Source: Planctomycetota bacterium (lineage in GTDB: Bacteria > Planctomycetota > MHYJ01 > WSZJ01). From it: a stretch of DNA of 64,000 nt. Positions 1-12,902 of this stretch are shown piece after piece. The DNA lies in NCBI GenBank assembly GCA_016190145.1, contig JACPRD010000197.1, positions 70,369-134,368 on the forward strand, read 5' to 3'. A program made the position numbers and the translations under genes. The notes under the pieces are model-generated. The model was not told the origin of the DNA and ran no database searches. It saw nothing but the letters and a program-made list of their open reading frames with translations. The stretch's first letter is position 1. Every line of letters starts with the position of its first letter.

Positions 1-1016
1 CGCCGCAGATCGCCTTCCGCAGCCTCCCGCACGTTCTTCTCGTAAGCCGCCAGCGCCCGTTTCGCCGCCGCCTCCGTCCGCCGCTTCTTCTCCTCCTCCG
101 ACATGCCCTCGGAAACGCCGGACTTTCCGTCGTCCGGAACGTTCGCCAGCGAATCGCGCGGCGAAACGGGAAGGTGCAGCTTCCAGAATGCAGTCAGCCC
201 GCCCCAGTCCGCGACCGGCCGCAGCATCGGGTCGAATCCGAAGAACGCGCACCGGCCCTTGCCGGCGCCGCCGACCGCTCCCAGCGGCAAGGCCTCGGCC
301 CCCGGGCGCAACTCGAAGTCCGCGATCGGGAACGGCGCCTCCGGCGTCGGCACCCCCTCGTCGAGCTCCGTCAGCCGCTTCAACTCCCGCACCCCCCGCA
401 CCGACGCAGGCAGAAGCTTCCCCAGCGGCCCCGCGGCGACCGCCGGCGCCTCGATCCCCGCGCACACCGCGAGGCGGCCGCCCGCGAGCGTCCAGCGGCG
501 AAGCGCCTCCGACTGCTCGTCGGAGAACGCGGGGGCGGGGAAGCGCACGACGACGGCGTCGAACGGATCGAAGGCGTCGGAGATGTCGGGGAGGTCTCCG
601 GGGACCACGGTGACCGAGGTCCAGCCCTTGTCTTCCGGCAGCGCCAGTCCACCCTCCGCGACGACGAGAACGGCCCGGTTGTAGATGGGGATGAGCGCCG
701 GGGAGAGGTCGGTGTCGACGACGGCCTTTCCGCCCTGGACGACGACGCAGCGCAGCCGGCGCTCGGCCTTGACGGGGAGCCAGATCACGCGGCGGCTGCC
801 CCCGGGCGTGGGAAGGCGCCGCGTGGCGGCCGCCTCGCGGCCTTCGATCCGGAGGGCGAGCTCCGTCGTCTCGCCGGTGTTCTCGATTTCGAACCGCACC
901 GCGGTCCACTGGCCGAGCCGCGCGGAGCCCGACCAGGCCAGGCGGACGTCGACCTTGACCTCGGCGTCCGCCGGGAGGGCGAGGAGAATTGCGGCGAGAA
1001 GCGCTGCCCGACTCAA
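1..1016 (-). CDS. secreted hypothetical protein, N-terminal part only (gene runs off the left edge)
   Basis: My own minus-strand translation from TTG 1016-1014 reads LSRAALLAAILLALPADAEVKVDVRLAWSGS...FDAVVVRFPAPAFSDEQSEALRRWTLAGGRLAVCAG... It has no stop before position 1. The TTG overlaps the upstream TGA (TTGA). It is missing from the ORF track because it has no stop in the window. The plus-strand ORFs here look like shadow frames. Confidence 0.5.
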   Translation of the reverse strand, partial: MSRAALLAAILLALPADAEVKVDVRLAWSGSARLGQWTAVRFEIENTGETTELALRIEGREAAATRRLPTPGGSRRVIWLPVKAERRLRCVVVQGGKAVVDTDLSPALIPIYNRAVLVVAEGGLALPEDKGWTSVTVVPGDLPDISDAFDPFDAVVVRFPAPAFSDEQSEALRRWTLAGGRLAVCAGIEAPAVAAGPLGKLLPASVRGVRELKRLTELDEGVPTPEAPFPIADFELRPGAEALPLGAVGGAGKGRCAFFGFDPMLRPVADWGGLTAFWKLHLPVSPRDSLANVPDDGKSGVSEGMSEEEKKRRTEAAAKRALAAYEKNVREAAEGDLR

Positions 1017-2857
1017 GTGATTCTCCGGTTGAAGCAGGCCCACTCGACGAGCAGGATGAGGATCGCCGCGCCCGCAAGCCACGGCCACAGGTCGCGATTG
1101 TCCTCCCCCGCCGAGGCCGCCGCCTCGACGCGCGAGGCGCCTGCGCCGAGCGAGTCGGCGGGCGCGAGATTCGACTCCGCCTCGGACAGCAGGTTGACCC
1201 CGAACGGCCGCGTGCTCCCGCCCGCCTCGAACCGGTAGAGCCCCACCTTCTCCGTCGCGCCGAACACGAAGTCGCCGGCCTCCGTCGCGGTCAGCGCGTG
1301 CCCGGTGCCGGACGGATCCGTCACGCGGCCCACCGGCGCCGTTCCCGCCGTGAACCGCGCCGCGCGGCCCGCCCCGATCTGGGGCGGCACCTCCGAGGCC
1401 CGCGCCGCCGACACCAGACGCAGGACGTTTGAAAAGAAAATCGGGAACGACGGCCGCAACGGCCAGTCGGAATCCGCCGCCCGGAACGCCGTCACGATCC
1501 GCAGCCGGCCCTTCTCCGACACCATCGCGACCAGCGGACCCGCGCTTCCCTGCACGAGATTCACTCCCTCCGGCGGAAGCGACAGACGTACCGCCTTTCC
1601 GACGTGGACATCGGCGAATTTCGCGAACCGGAGAAGCGGATGCGTCTCGTCCCACGAGAGCGCCTTCACGCGCGCGACCTCTTCGCCGGGCGCGATCCCC
1701 GCCACCGGGCGGTCGGGCCTGAAGTACACGGCGTGCGCTCCCGCGGGCGGCTCGACGGCGGGCCCTTCGCAGAACCAGAGGTCGGGCGCCGCCTCGTCCA
1801 CCCGGACGCGCGGGCGGGTGGCGAGGAAGGCCTGGAGGAAGCGGTGTTCGCCCTTGAAGGCGACGCGGACCTCGGCGGGTTCCGGCACGCGCGACCAGGC
1901 GCGGTCGTCGGCGGCGAGCGCGTCGGGCTCGTCGAGGGCGACTTCGACGGCGGCCTCGCCGGGGAGCATGACTTCGAAGCTGGCGCCGCCGGTTTCGCCG
2001 GGGGCGAGGTCGAGCGCGCGCACCGCGACGGTTGAGCCTTCGGAGCGGAGCGCGGCGTAGATCTTCTTCCGCGCTCGCGAGAAGTTCGAGACGCCCGCGA
2101 AGACGGAGTAGGGGTGTTCCGTGCGGCCGTTGACGGTGCGGGACTCCACGCGGCCGTCGGTGCCGGAGACGACTTCCGCGCGGAACGCCGTGATCCCCAG
2201 GTTGTCCGCGGGATCCGCGGTGCGCACCCAGGTGAGGGCCTTCTCCAGCACGGGATGGGAAGGCACGCGCGCGCCGGCTCCGTCGGAGAACAGCACCACG
2301 ACCGCGCCCTCCCGTTTCTCCACCGCGGTCGCGGCCAGCAGCAGGGCCTCCTCGAGCGCCGTTCCGGTGTCGCGCACTTCCATCAGCCGGATCGCGCGCT
2401 CCGCCGCCGCGTGATCGCGCGTGAGCCCCGCGGCGACACGCGCGCCGGACCAGGCTTCGACGACCATGACTTCGTCGGAGTCGCGCAGGTTGCCCAGCAC
2501 CTTCTCCGCAGCTTCCTTCGCGCGGTCGAGCCGGGTGCGTTCGCCGTCGCGCGCGCCCATGGAGGCCGAGGTATCTATGACCAGCACCACGACGCGCCCC
2601 GGGGAGGCGACGCGCCGGAGGGCGGGGCGGGCGATCGCGAGCACCAGCAGGGCGAGCAGGAGCAGCTGCAGCAGGAGCAAAAGGTTGGAGCGGAGCCGCT
2701 GGAACGGCGCATTGGCCTGGGCGTCGCGGACCGCGCGTTCCCAGAGAATAGTAGAAGAGATCCTCACGTCGCGGCGCCGCAGCTTCAGGATGTACAGGGC
2801 GATGAGGGGGATCGCCAGCGCGGCGAGCCAGAGGAAGGCGGGGTTGAGGAAGTTCAC
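1013..2857 (-). CDS. BatA-like N-terminal TM domain plus von Willebrand factor A domain protein
   Basis: 614 aa. The N-terminus MNFLNPAFLWLAALAIPLIALYILKLRRR is typical of aerotolerance BatA-type proteins. VLVIDTSASM is a VWA MIDAS-like motif. Confidence 0.85.
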   Translation of the reverse strand: MNFLNPAFLWLAALAIPLIALYILKLRRRDVRISSTILWERAVRDAQANAPFQRLRSNLLLLLQLLLLALLVLAIARPALRRVASPGRVVVLVIDTSASMGARDGERTRLDRAKEAAEKVLGNLRDSDEVMVVEAWSGARVAAGLTRDHAAAERAIRLMEVRDTGTALEEALLLAATAVEKREGAVVVLFSDGAGARVPSHPVLEKALTWVRTADPADNLGITAFRAEVVSGTDGRVESRTVNGRTEHPYSVFAGVSNFSRARKKIYAALRSEGSTVAVRALDLAPGETGGASFEVMLPGEAAVEVALDEPDALAADDRAWSRVPEPAEVRVAFKGEHRFLQAFLATRPRVRVDEAAPDLWFCEGPAVEPPAGAHAVYFRPDRPVAGIAPGEEVARVKALSWDETHPLLRFAKFADVHVGKAVRLSLPPEGVNLVQGSAGPLVAMVSEKGRLRIVTAFRAADSDWPLRPSFPIFFSNVLRLVSAARASEVPPQIGAGRAARFTAGTAPVGRVTDPSGTGHALTATEAGDFVFGATEKVGLYRFEAGGSTRPFGVNLLSEAESNLAPADSLGAGASRVEAAASAGEDNRDLWPWLAGAAILILLVEWACFNRRIT

Positions 2858-2888
2858 GGTGGACGGATCTTACCCCGGAAATCGCGCG

Positions 2889-3586
2889 TCACGCGCGCGT
2901 CATTCCGTCGAGGAACCGCAGGAGCGGAGCCGGGTCGGCGAGCGAGCCGCACGCGACATCGGGCCCGTGCGGACGGAGGTCCTCGAGCCTGTGCCCCCCC
3001 GTCGCGACCGCCACCGCCCGCGCCCCGTGCGCCCGGGCGCAGGCGATGTCCCTCGGCGTGTCGCCGATCACCACCGTGCAGGCCGGCGTGAAGTGGCGGT
3101 CCCGCTCCGCAAAACGCCGCAGCGCGTGCGGCACCAGCCGGTTCCGGTCCTCGTCGTCGCTTCCGAACGCCCCCGTCTCGAAAAACCGCTCGATCCCCGC
3201 CGCGCGGACCTTCGCCCACGCGCCGTGCTCGAAATTGCCCGTCAGCAGGCCGTGCGCGACGTCGCCGCGCGCGGCCAGCGTATCCAGCGCGGCGGGAAGC
3301 CCCGGCTTGAGCGAGACGCGCCCCGCCTCGAGCACCCCCGGCAGAAGGCGCCGGTACGCCGCGTCGAACCGCGCCAGCCCTTCCGCGAACGCCGTCCCCG
3401 CCGCATGCCTCTCCCAGGCCTGCCTGAAGATCCACGGGTCCGTGCAGCCCGCCATGTTCACGCCCGCGAAAGCGTCCGCGACCCCGAAGCACTCCGCGAA
3501 CGCCATCTCCATCGCGCGCGTCCCGGCACCGTGCGACGTGAGAAGCGTGCCGTCGATGTCCCAGAGGAGAAGCAGCTCGGGCGCCC

Positions 3587-3590
<4 letters not shown>
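2889..3590 (-). CDS. HAD-superfamily hydrolase (phosphoglycolate phosphatase-like)
   Basis: C-terminal 233 aa of ORF 2889..4934, starting MRAPELLLLWDIDGTLL (DxDGT motif I). It also has VVIGDTPRDI (motif IV). Its ATG overlaps the upstream stop (ATGA). Confidence 0.85.
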
Positions 3591-5218
<1,628 letters not shown>

Positions 5219-5268
5219 CGGGGACCCTCGAAATCTCTGTTCCCGAGGGACGAGGCGGGACCGCAGAG

Positions 5269-6147
5269 TCAGACCTCGAGCATGAGAACGCGAAGCGACT
5301 TCAGGACGAATTCCTCCAGATCCTGGTCGCTCGAAGCGAAAGCATACGGGATATCCCTCTTCCGGCACCAGCCCTCCGCGTCTTTCCGGAAAGCGTCGAC
5401 TCGTGCGCGATAGGCCTTGAGGACGCTCCGGCTCATCGAGAGGTCGACGCCGGCGCCGGTCTCTGCGTCGACGTAGCGGACGTCGTCGGCGTCCCGCGGG
5501 TCCAGCTCTTCGGGCGCCATCACGTGAACGACCATCGGCTGGAATCCCGCGTGGCGGAGCATGGCGAGGGGTTTCTCGTAGCCTGCCGGGTCGAGGAGGT
5601 CGGAGACGACGAAGATCGGCCCCCGGCGCGGCGTCCGCGCGAGGAACTGGCGGACGGTGCCGGTCAGCGAGGTCCGCCCGGAGGCGGCGACCCCTTCCAG
5701 AAAGCCCAGAAGCTTGAACACCTGCGCGCGCCCGCGCTCCGGCCCGAGCACCGCTCCTTTTTCCTCCGCGAAGGGCACGACGGTCACGCGGTCGAGGTTC
5801 GCGAGGCCGACGTATGCGAGCGCCGCCGTCACGCGTTTCGCGAAGTCGAGCTTCGAGGGTGTTCCGAACTCCATCGAGGCGGACGCGTCGAGAAGGAAGT
5901 GCACCGAGAGGTCTTCTTCTTCCACGTAGAGCTTGAGGTACAGCCGGTCCATGCGGGCGGCGGCGTTCCAGTCGAGGTAGCGCGGATCGTCGCCGGCGAC
6001 GTACTCGCGGAAATCGGCGAATTCGACGGAGACGCCGCGCTTGGTGGAGCGGCGCTCGCCCTGCATCCGGCCCGCGAACGCGCGGCGGACGCGGATCGCG
6101 AGGCGGAGGAGGCGGCGGACGAATTCGGGGCCGAGGACCTCGCTCAT
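5269..6147 (-). CDS. DUF58 domain protein (MoxR/Bat-operon associated)
   Basis: C-terminal 292 aa of ORF 5269..7926. The motif FADFREYVAGDDPRYLDWNAAARMDRLYLKLYVEEEDL is the DUF58 signature. The ATG overlaps the upstream stop. Confidence 0.85.
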   Translation of the reverse strand: MSEVLGPEFVRRLLRLAIRVRRAFAGRMQGERRSTKRGVSVEFADFREYVAGDDPRYLDWNAAARMDRLYLKLYVEEEDLSVHFLLDASASMEFGTPSKLDFAKRVTAALAYVGLANLDRVTVVPFAEEKGAVLGPERGRAQVFKLLGFLEGVAASGRTSLTGTVRQFLARTPRRGPIFVVSDLLDPAGYEKPLAMLRHAGFQPMVVHVMAPEELDPRDADDVRYVDAETGAGVDLSMSRSVLKAYRARVDAFRKDAEGWCRKRDIPYAFASSDQDLEEFVLKSLRVLMLEV

Positions 6148-7738
6148 GAGGCGGGCTCGGGCGCGGGGGCGGCGGGGGCCGGCGCGGGCGCCCGGGGCCC
6201 GAAGACGGCGTCGCGGGCCTCGCGCTCCCTGCGGAGCACGGCGAAGAAGCCCGAGACGGCGAAGACGATGCCGAGGCCCAGGTGGAAGATGAGGAACGGC
6301 ACGAGGATCGGCGTGTGTCCGCCGATCTCCGGCATCACCTTGTCCTCCGCGAAATGGTACCAGGTCTTGTAGAGCACGAACGGGAACACGAGGTACCCGG
6401 GCGCGTCCCATCGCATGATGTCGGGGAAATCGCCGTACGCCGCGAGCTGCCAGATCGATCCCACGATCGGAACGAAGATGACGCCGAGGAACCAGACCGA
6501 GCGCGCGACCGTCGTCGTCAGCCGGAGCGCCCCCAGGTAGAGCCCGAATCCGGCGCCGAAGACGACCAGCGCGCCGATCGCCGCCAGCACCGCGCCGACC
6601 GCTTCCGCCGCCTCCGCCACGTCCCAGAGATACACGCGGGTCACGAACCACCCCGAGACGGCGAGGACGGCGCCGCCCAGGAGCAACGTGAACACGAACG
6701 CGCGCAGCCCGCCCGGAAGCAGGAACCTCAGCGGCCGGCGCAGCCCGGTCCACGCGGCGCGCTGCTTCACCAGCCGCTTCCCCTCCAGCGGACCCTCGGT
6801 CGTCATGAACGCGATGGCGGCCGCGAACACGGCCAGGACGACCCAGAAGGCGAAGGCGAGTTCGGTGCGGTCGCCGCGGCCGCTTTTTCCGGTGAAGTGC
6901 TGGTAGTTGCCGAGCATGACGGCGGCGGTGACGGGCATGCAGGCGAGGGTGAAGAGGCGGACGGGGAGGGCGCGGTTGGCGCCGATGGGTTTCAGGCGGT
7001 TGACGGCGGCGATGAAGAGGAAGGCGAAGGGGGCGGCGAAGCCCCAGGCGGCGTTGACGGCGATGGGCCATGCGTACGTGGAGATGAGCTCGATGATTTC
7101 GGAGAGATTTCCGCGGCCGCGGGTGGCGTGTTCGATGATTTCGACGAGGGCGCCGACGAGGGGGCCGCCGAGGAAGAAGACGAAAAGATAGGACATGATG
7201 ACGGCGCGGGCGATGGAGCCGCTGGTGGCGGAGACGTAGATGGACCACATGGCGATGAGGGCGGCCATGAGGAACAGGCCGATGTACGCGACGACGGGTT
7301 CCCAGCCGACGAGTCCTCCGAACCAGAGGGGGAAGGCCATGAGGGGGAGGGTAGCGAAGAGGTAGGTGGCGACGTAGCCCATGGACGCCACGAATTGTCC
7401 CCAGACGATCTGGGACGGGCGGATGGTCGTGGTGGCGAGGAGTTCGAGGGTGGACTGATCTCGTTCGCGGACGATGGAGGTCCCGGCGAACCCGGGGAGG
7501 AGGAGACCGATCAGCGCGGCCTGTACGGTGAGAAGCACCACGAACGTCACCTGTCCGACCTCGCTCGAGGGTTCGCGATCGGTCATGAAGGCGAAGGCGG
7601 CGACCCAGAGGATGAAGAGGGCGATGACGAGGGAGGCGGTGAAGATGACCATGAAGCGCCAGCCGCGGAAGGTGGCGCGGAGTTCGCGGAGCTGGATGGG
7701 GCCCGCGGCGAGGGAGAGGGCGAATTCGGCGAAGCGTT

Positions 7739-7742
<4 letters not shown>
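6144..7742 (-). CDS. ABC-2 type transporter permease, multi-TM
   Basis: Hydrophobic multi-pass sequence with the ABC-2 hallmark IVRERDQSTLELLATTTIRPSQIVWGQF. Start proposed at GTG 7742, overlapping the ATPase stop (GTGA). A downstream ATG (MVIFTASL) is an alternative start. Confidence 0.7.
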
Positions 7743-8658
<916 letters not shown>

Positions 8659-8662
<4 letters not shown>

Positions 8663-10500
8663 GGTTTTTTCACCTCGACCGGGATCACGAGGACCGTGGT
8701 GTCGTGGAGAAACTCCACCGGCATCCCGTCCGCCGTCACGTCCGGCTGGCGCGCTTCGATGACCGCGAGGACGACCGGCTCCTTCGACTCGAAACAGCAG
8801 CCCTGGAGCGACCGGAGGAGGTGCGCCTGCAGGTCCTCGACGTCGTAGGGGGGCGTGAACGGATTGCCGTTGGATGTCGTCGTGCGGTCGCGCTTCGTCT
8901 GCCCCCGCGCGATCCGTCCGAGCCCGCGGTGGTGTCCGAAGCGGGAGTCGACGTAAACGGCGTAAGTGAAATCCGCGTCGGTTTCGTTAGTGACGGCGAT
9001 CGTGTCGGTTTCGAGGATCGCGAGGGCGACGCCGATCTCGCGGCGGCCCACGGCGTAGAACCACGCGGGTTCGCGGGGCTCGAACGGCCACGCGAGAATT
9101 TCGCCCTCGGCGCCGCCGTAAGGGACGTTCCGGGGCGCGTAGGTCCGCCCGTCGGTCATCGCCGCCAGCCGCCCGGCCGCCGACGCCACGAGCGCCGTCC
9201 GGCGCCGGCCCGTCGCGACCACGAGGTGCTCGCGCACGACGGCCGACGTCGTGCCTTTCACCGGACGTATCACCGTGATCCGGTTCGCCTGGATCCGCGT
9301 CTCGCGCATGGCCCAGCCGATCGACCAGAGCAGCACCGTCATCAGGATCCCGAGCGCGGGGACCGTGATGGCCGTCCACGCGGGACTGTGCCGCCGGCGC
9401 AGCACGAAGAAGTTCAGCGGGCCGACCACCGCGATGTACAGGAGCAGCCCCAGCACCAGCCACTCCGTCGGCGGATACCCGATCAGCCCCTCTCCCAGCG
9501 CGAGTCCGAAATCGTTCCAGTCGTAAACGCCTCTCAGCGGCGAGTAGGCATCGAAGTCGTTCCGCGCCACCTCGATCTCCCGCAGCAGGTCCTGCGAAAA
9601 CTTCGCCAGGTCGGCGCCGTTTTTCCGGAGAGTCGGGTGATTCGCGTCGAAAGCGCAGACCACCGCGGTTCCCTGCCCCGCCGTCCACGCGTGCACCGCC
9701 CCGCCGGCCCGGAGCAGGAGTGGCGTCCCGGGCTTCTCGAACGACCACGACCGCTCGGGGAACTCCGTGAAATAGATCTCCAGCGCGGGCGCCACCGCCG
9801 CCTCGCTCACATTGCCGGTCGGAGCCAGGGCCTGCACCATCGGCTGCTCCAGCCACGCCGGGTCCGTCCCCGCCAGGAACAGGATGCGTCCTCCGCTCCA
9901 GACCCACTCCCGGATCGCGCGGCGCTGCTCCTCGTTCATCTGCGTCCAGTCGGTTTCGGAAGCGACGATCAGCCCCGCCGACGTCCAGCCTTGCCAGTGC
10001 TCGGGCAGCCGGTCGGGCGTCGCCTCCCAGCGCCAGAGCCGGAGCGTTCCGAGCTGCTTCTCGGTCAGGGCGGCCAGGATCGACGGCCGGCGATCGGCCG
10101 GGGCGAGGACGACGCATGTCTGCAGGGCGACCTGCGGCCAGAGTCCCGCTTCCCGGATGTGCGCGACGGTATCTTCCGAAATGTCCGCCACGCGGAAGAC
10201 CAGATCGCCGCGGTTTCCGAATCCCGCGTACAGCAGCAGGTGGTATCGCTTCTTCGCTCCGGGCGCCACCGCGATCGCGCGCGACGCCCGCGGTCCCTTG
10301 CCGCGCAGATACACCAGCTCGACCTCGAGCGTGCCCTTCAGCTCCGCTCCACCGGTGTTCTCAATTTCAGTCCAGGTCTCGATCCAGGCGTCGCCCGGAT
10401 GCATCGGCAGGCAGGAGCCGCCCGCGAGCTTTACCTCGGCGCGCGCCAGCGACCCGGACGACAGGACAAGCGCGACTGAAAGCGTGAGGAGGCGCCGCAT
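8659..10500 (-). CDS. hypothetical secreted/membrane protein of the Bat-like operon
   Basis: 613 aa. It has a signal peptide (MRRLLTLSVALVLSSGSLARA), internal TM helices (WLVLGLLLYIAVVGPLNFFVL, ITVPALGILMTVLLWSIGW) and a segment EEQRRAIREWVWSGGRILFLAG that resembles the partial gene at 1..1016. Its stop overlaps the ABC ATPase start. Confidence 0.7.
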
Positions 10501-10506
10501 CGGACC

Positions 10507-10974
10507 TTATTTGAGGGAGTCGAAGTAGTCGCGCACCGCGCGACGATATTCCTCGGGATACGCTTCCTCGTCCATCGCCTTTTCCATCTCGGAACGGTAC
10601 TTCACCAGGACCTTCTCGTACCCGACGCGCGCTTCGCCTTCGTTCGGGTCGCCGATCACGAACTCTCCGGTCGCCTCGCCCTCGCCGGGTCCGACGGGGA
10701 CGAGGACTTCCTCGTCGTGGAACTTCACCGGCTTCCGTTTCGGATCCCGCGCCTCTCCGACGAGGCCGCCCTTGCCGCCGCCGGACGGCGATCCGTCGGG
10801 CCCGAACACGCCATCCTCGCCCTCCCTTTCCGGCCCGCCCGCCAGGTCCTTGCCGCCGCGTTCGTTCCCGCCCAGGCGGTCCTCGGCCTTCTCGGCCGCC
10901 CCCTCCGCCTTCTCGACGAGTTTCTCCGCTTCAGGTCCGAGGCGACGAATCCAGTCGCCTGCCTCCTTCGACCC
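10507..10974 (-). pseudogene. in-frame continuation (C-terminal domain) of the DUF4175-like gene, separated from it by a single TGA
   Basis: It is in the same frame as 10975..12888 (12888-10809 = 2079 = 3 x 693). The stretch after the TGA translates cleanly by my own reading: GSKEAGDWIRRLGPEAEKLVEKAEGAAEKAEDRLGG... It ends ...AYPEEYRRAVRDYFDSLK, a C-terminus I recall as typical of this family. The track only lists 10507..10809, from the first GTG. Confidence 0.5.
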
Positions 10975-12888
10975 TCAGTCGCCGCCCGGCGGGCACGACG
11001 GATCGGGCTTCGGCAGCCGGTCCCCGAACCGCTCGGCCAGCGAAGCCAGCGTTTCAGGATCCACATTCTCCGCGAGCTTCTTCGCCATGTCCTTCATCAG
11101 CTCGCTGTCCTTGAACTTCTCAGCGAGCTCCTCGCCGAGCTTGGACTCCCCCTCGCCCCTCTCCCTCGCCTCGCCGTCCTTCTTCATCGCTTCGTTGAAC
11201 GCCTCCTCGAGCTTCTCCTTGTCGAGTCCCTTTTCTTTCATCCTGTCGGCGAGGTCCTTGAGCGCGTCGGGGTCCAGGTTCTTCAGGGCCTCCTGAAGCG
11301 CATCCTGCGCGCCGTCGCCGCCCTGTTTGAGCTTCTCTTCGAGTTCGTGCTTGCGCCGTGCGGCCTCGACGGCCTTCTTGAGCGAATCGGCGCCGTTGTC
11401 GCCATTCCTCGGATCCTTCCCTGCGGTCTCGCCGCCCCCGTTCTTCGGATCCTTTCCCGCGCTCTCGCTTCCACCTTCTTTGGGGTCCTTCCCGGCGGTC
11501 TCGCTGCCCCCGTTCTTCGGATCCTTTCCCCCGGTTTCGCCGCCACCTTCCTTGGGGTCCTTCCCTGCGGTCTCGCTGCCCCCGTTCTTCGGATCCTTTC
11601 CCGCGGTTTCGCTTCCACCTTCTTTGGGGTCCTTCCCTGCGGTCTCGCTGCCCCCGTTCTTCGGATCCTTTCCCGCGGTTTCGCTTCCACCTTCCTTGGG
11701 GTCCTTCCCTGCGGTCTCGCTGCCCCCGTTCTTCGGATCCTTTCCCGCGGTTTCGCTTCCACCTTCCTTGGGGTCCTTCCCGGCAGTCTCGCTGCCTCCA
11801 TTCTTCGGATCCTTCCCCGCGGTCTCCCCGCTCCCCTCTCCCCTCTCCAGTCTCTCCTTCTCCGCCGCCTCCTTCCCCTTCCGCGCCAGCGGCTTCCACC
11901 GCTCGCCCGCCTTCCCCATCTCCTCTTCGAATTTTTTCGCGTCCCCGCGCCGCGCCGCCGCCGCCGCACTTTCGAGCGCCGCCGATAGCTCCTTGTCCGA
12001 GCCCGCCGCCCGCGCCGCGTTGTCCAGCGCATTCCCCAGCTTCGCGTCCGCCTGCGCGTCCTTCCCCAGCCTCGATGCCGCCTCCTTCACCGCCTCCCGC
12101 CCCTCCCCCGTCGCCAGCCGGTGCGCCAGCTCGTGCCCCGACTCGCTCTCCGCCATCCGCGCGAGCGCCTCCTTGTCCGCCGCCATCTTCTCGCGCAACT
12201 TCCGCAGCCGGCTCCGCATCTCGCCCACCCGCGCGAGCGCCTCCTTCCGGTCGATCGCCCCCGACTTCCAGTCGCGGTCGATCTCCGACAGCTCGCGCCC
12301 GATCCCCGCCAGCTCCGGCTGGTCGTCCAGCGCCCCCAGCCGCCTCAACTCCTCCGCCGCCTGCGCCAGCTCCGGCGGCGCCGACATCCCCGCCAGGTCG
12401 CTCTCGATCGCAGGCCGGGGCGGAACCGGCCGCGCCGGCACGAAAAACGCCAGCGCCAGGAGCCCCCCACACGCCGCCACCGGCCACTTCACCCACCGCC
12501 CCGGCCGCGCCGGAAACGCCGTCCGCGGCCCCGGTACCACCTGGGCCTGGAGGTCTCTTTCGAGAAGCGGTCCCCATTCGCTGCCGTCGAGTTCCCAGGC
12601 GGAGCTGAACCGGTCGTTGGCGCCGGCTGCGCGGTCGGTCGCGCGGGCGACGTCTTCGAGGGGAAGGGGCCGGGCCATGCGCCACGCGAACGCGCCGATC
12701 TTGCCGGCGAAGAACAGTCCGAGGCCGATTTCCAGGGCATGCGGCCAGCGGAACCATTTTGCCGCGAGGATCCACGCCGCGCCGAGGGCCGCGCCGCCGA
12801 GCGCGCCGGCGACGGCGCACCGCGCGGCGCGCAGGAGCCGGAGCCGGAGTTCGTACGGGGCGAGCCGTTCCCTCAGGGTGTCGCGCAT
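10975..12888 (-). CDS. DUF4175-like membrane-anchored coiled-coil/low-complexity protein (N-terminal 637 aa up to an in-frame TGA)
   Basis: Two N-terminal TM helices, Ala/Glu/Lys-rich coiled-coil regions, and a 12 x 12-aa tandem repeat. It is the first gene of the operon. Confidence 0.75.
   Translation of the reverse strand: MRDTLRERLAPYELRLRLLRAARCAVAGALGGAALGAAWILAAKWFRWPHALEIGLGLFFAGKIGAFAWRMARPLPLEDVARATDRAAGANDRFSSAWELDGSEWGPLLERDLQAQVVPGPRTAFPARPGRWVKWPVAACGGLLALAFFVPARPVPPRPAIESDLAGMSAPPELAQAAEELRRLGALDDQPELAGIGRELSEIDRDWKSGAIDRKEALARVGEMRSRLRKLREKMAADKEALARMAESESGHELAHRLATGEGREAVKEAASRLGKDAQADAKLGNALDNAARAAGSDKELSAALESAAAAARRGDAKKFEEEMGKAGERWKPLARKGKEAAEKERLERGEGSGETAGKDPKNGGSETAGKDPKEGGSETAGKDPKNGGSETAGKDPKEGGSETAGKDPKNGGSETAGKDPKEGGSETAGKDPKNGGSETAGKDPKEGGGETGGKDPKNGGSETAGKDPKEGGSESAGKDPKNGGGETAGKDPRNGDNGADSLKKAVEAARRKHELEEKLKQGGDGAQDALQEALKNLDPDALKDLADRMKEKGLDKEKLEEAFNEAMKKDGEARERGEGESKLGEELAEKFKDSELMKDMAKKLAENVDPETLASLAERFGDRLPKPDPSCPPGGD
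11404..11836 (-). repeat. coding tandem repeat, 36-bp unit x about 12 (72-bp alternating double unit x 6)
   Basis: The protein reads GSETAGKDPKNG/GSETAGKDPKEG repeated. The DNA shows near-identical 72-nt periods (cccgttcttcggatcctttcccgcggtttcgcttccaccttccttggggtccttccctgcggtctcgctgc). Confidence 0.9.
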
Positions 12889-12902
12889 CGTTTCGGATTA
12901 TA
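12889..12902 (-). promoter_or_regulatory. -10 element TATAAT, 8 nt upstream of the ATG (leaderless-type promoter of the long operon)
   Basis: The minus strand reads ...gaaacccTTATAATccgaaacgATG. There is no Shine-Dalgarno sequence between the box and the ATG. Confidence 0.45.

Noticed and set aside
103-1432. Several plus-strand ORFs (103..684, 174..1238, 188..613, 685..1020, 989..1432) at the left edge
   Set aside because: They are Arg/Pro/Ala-rich with no recognisable domains. The minus strand gives a clean signal-peptide-bearing protein continuing the coupled operon.
10930-10977. Selenocysteine recoding of the in-frame TGA
   Set aside because: The downstream hairpin is only about 6 bp, a size expected by chance at this GC. 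No sel genes are visible and nothing suggests a redox active site. It is kept only as a minor alternative under the TGA finding.
11404-11836. Possible CRISPR array, because of regularly spaced repeats
   Set aside because: The units are contiguous with no unique spacers, are in frame within a CDS, and no cas genes are present.
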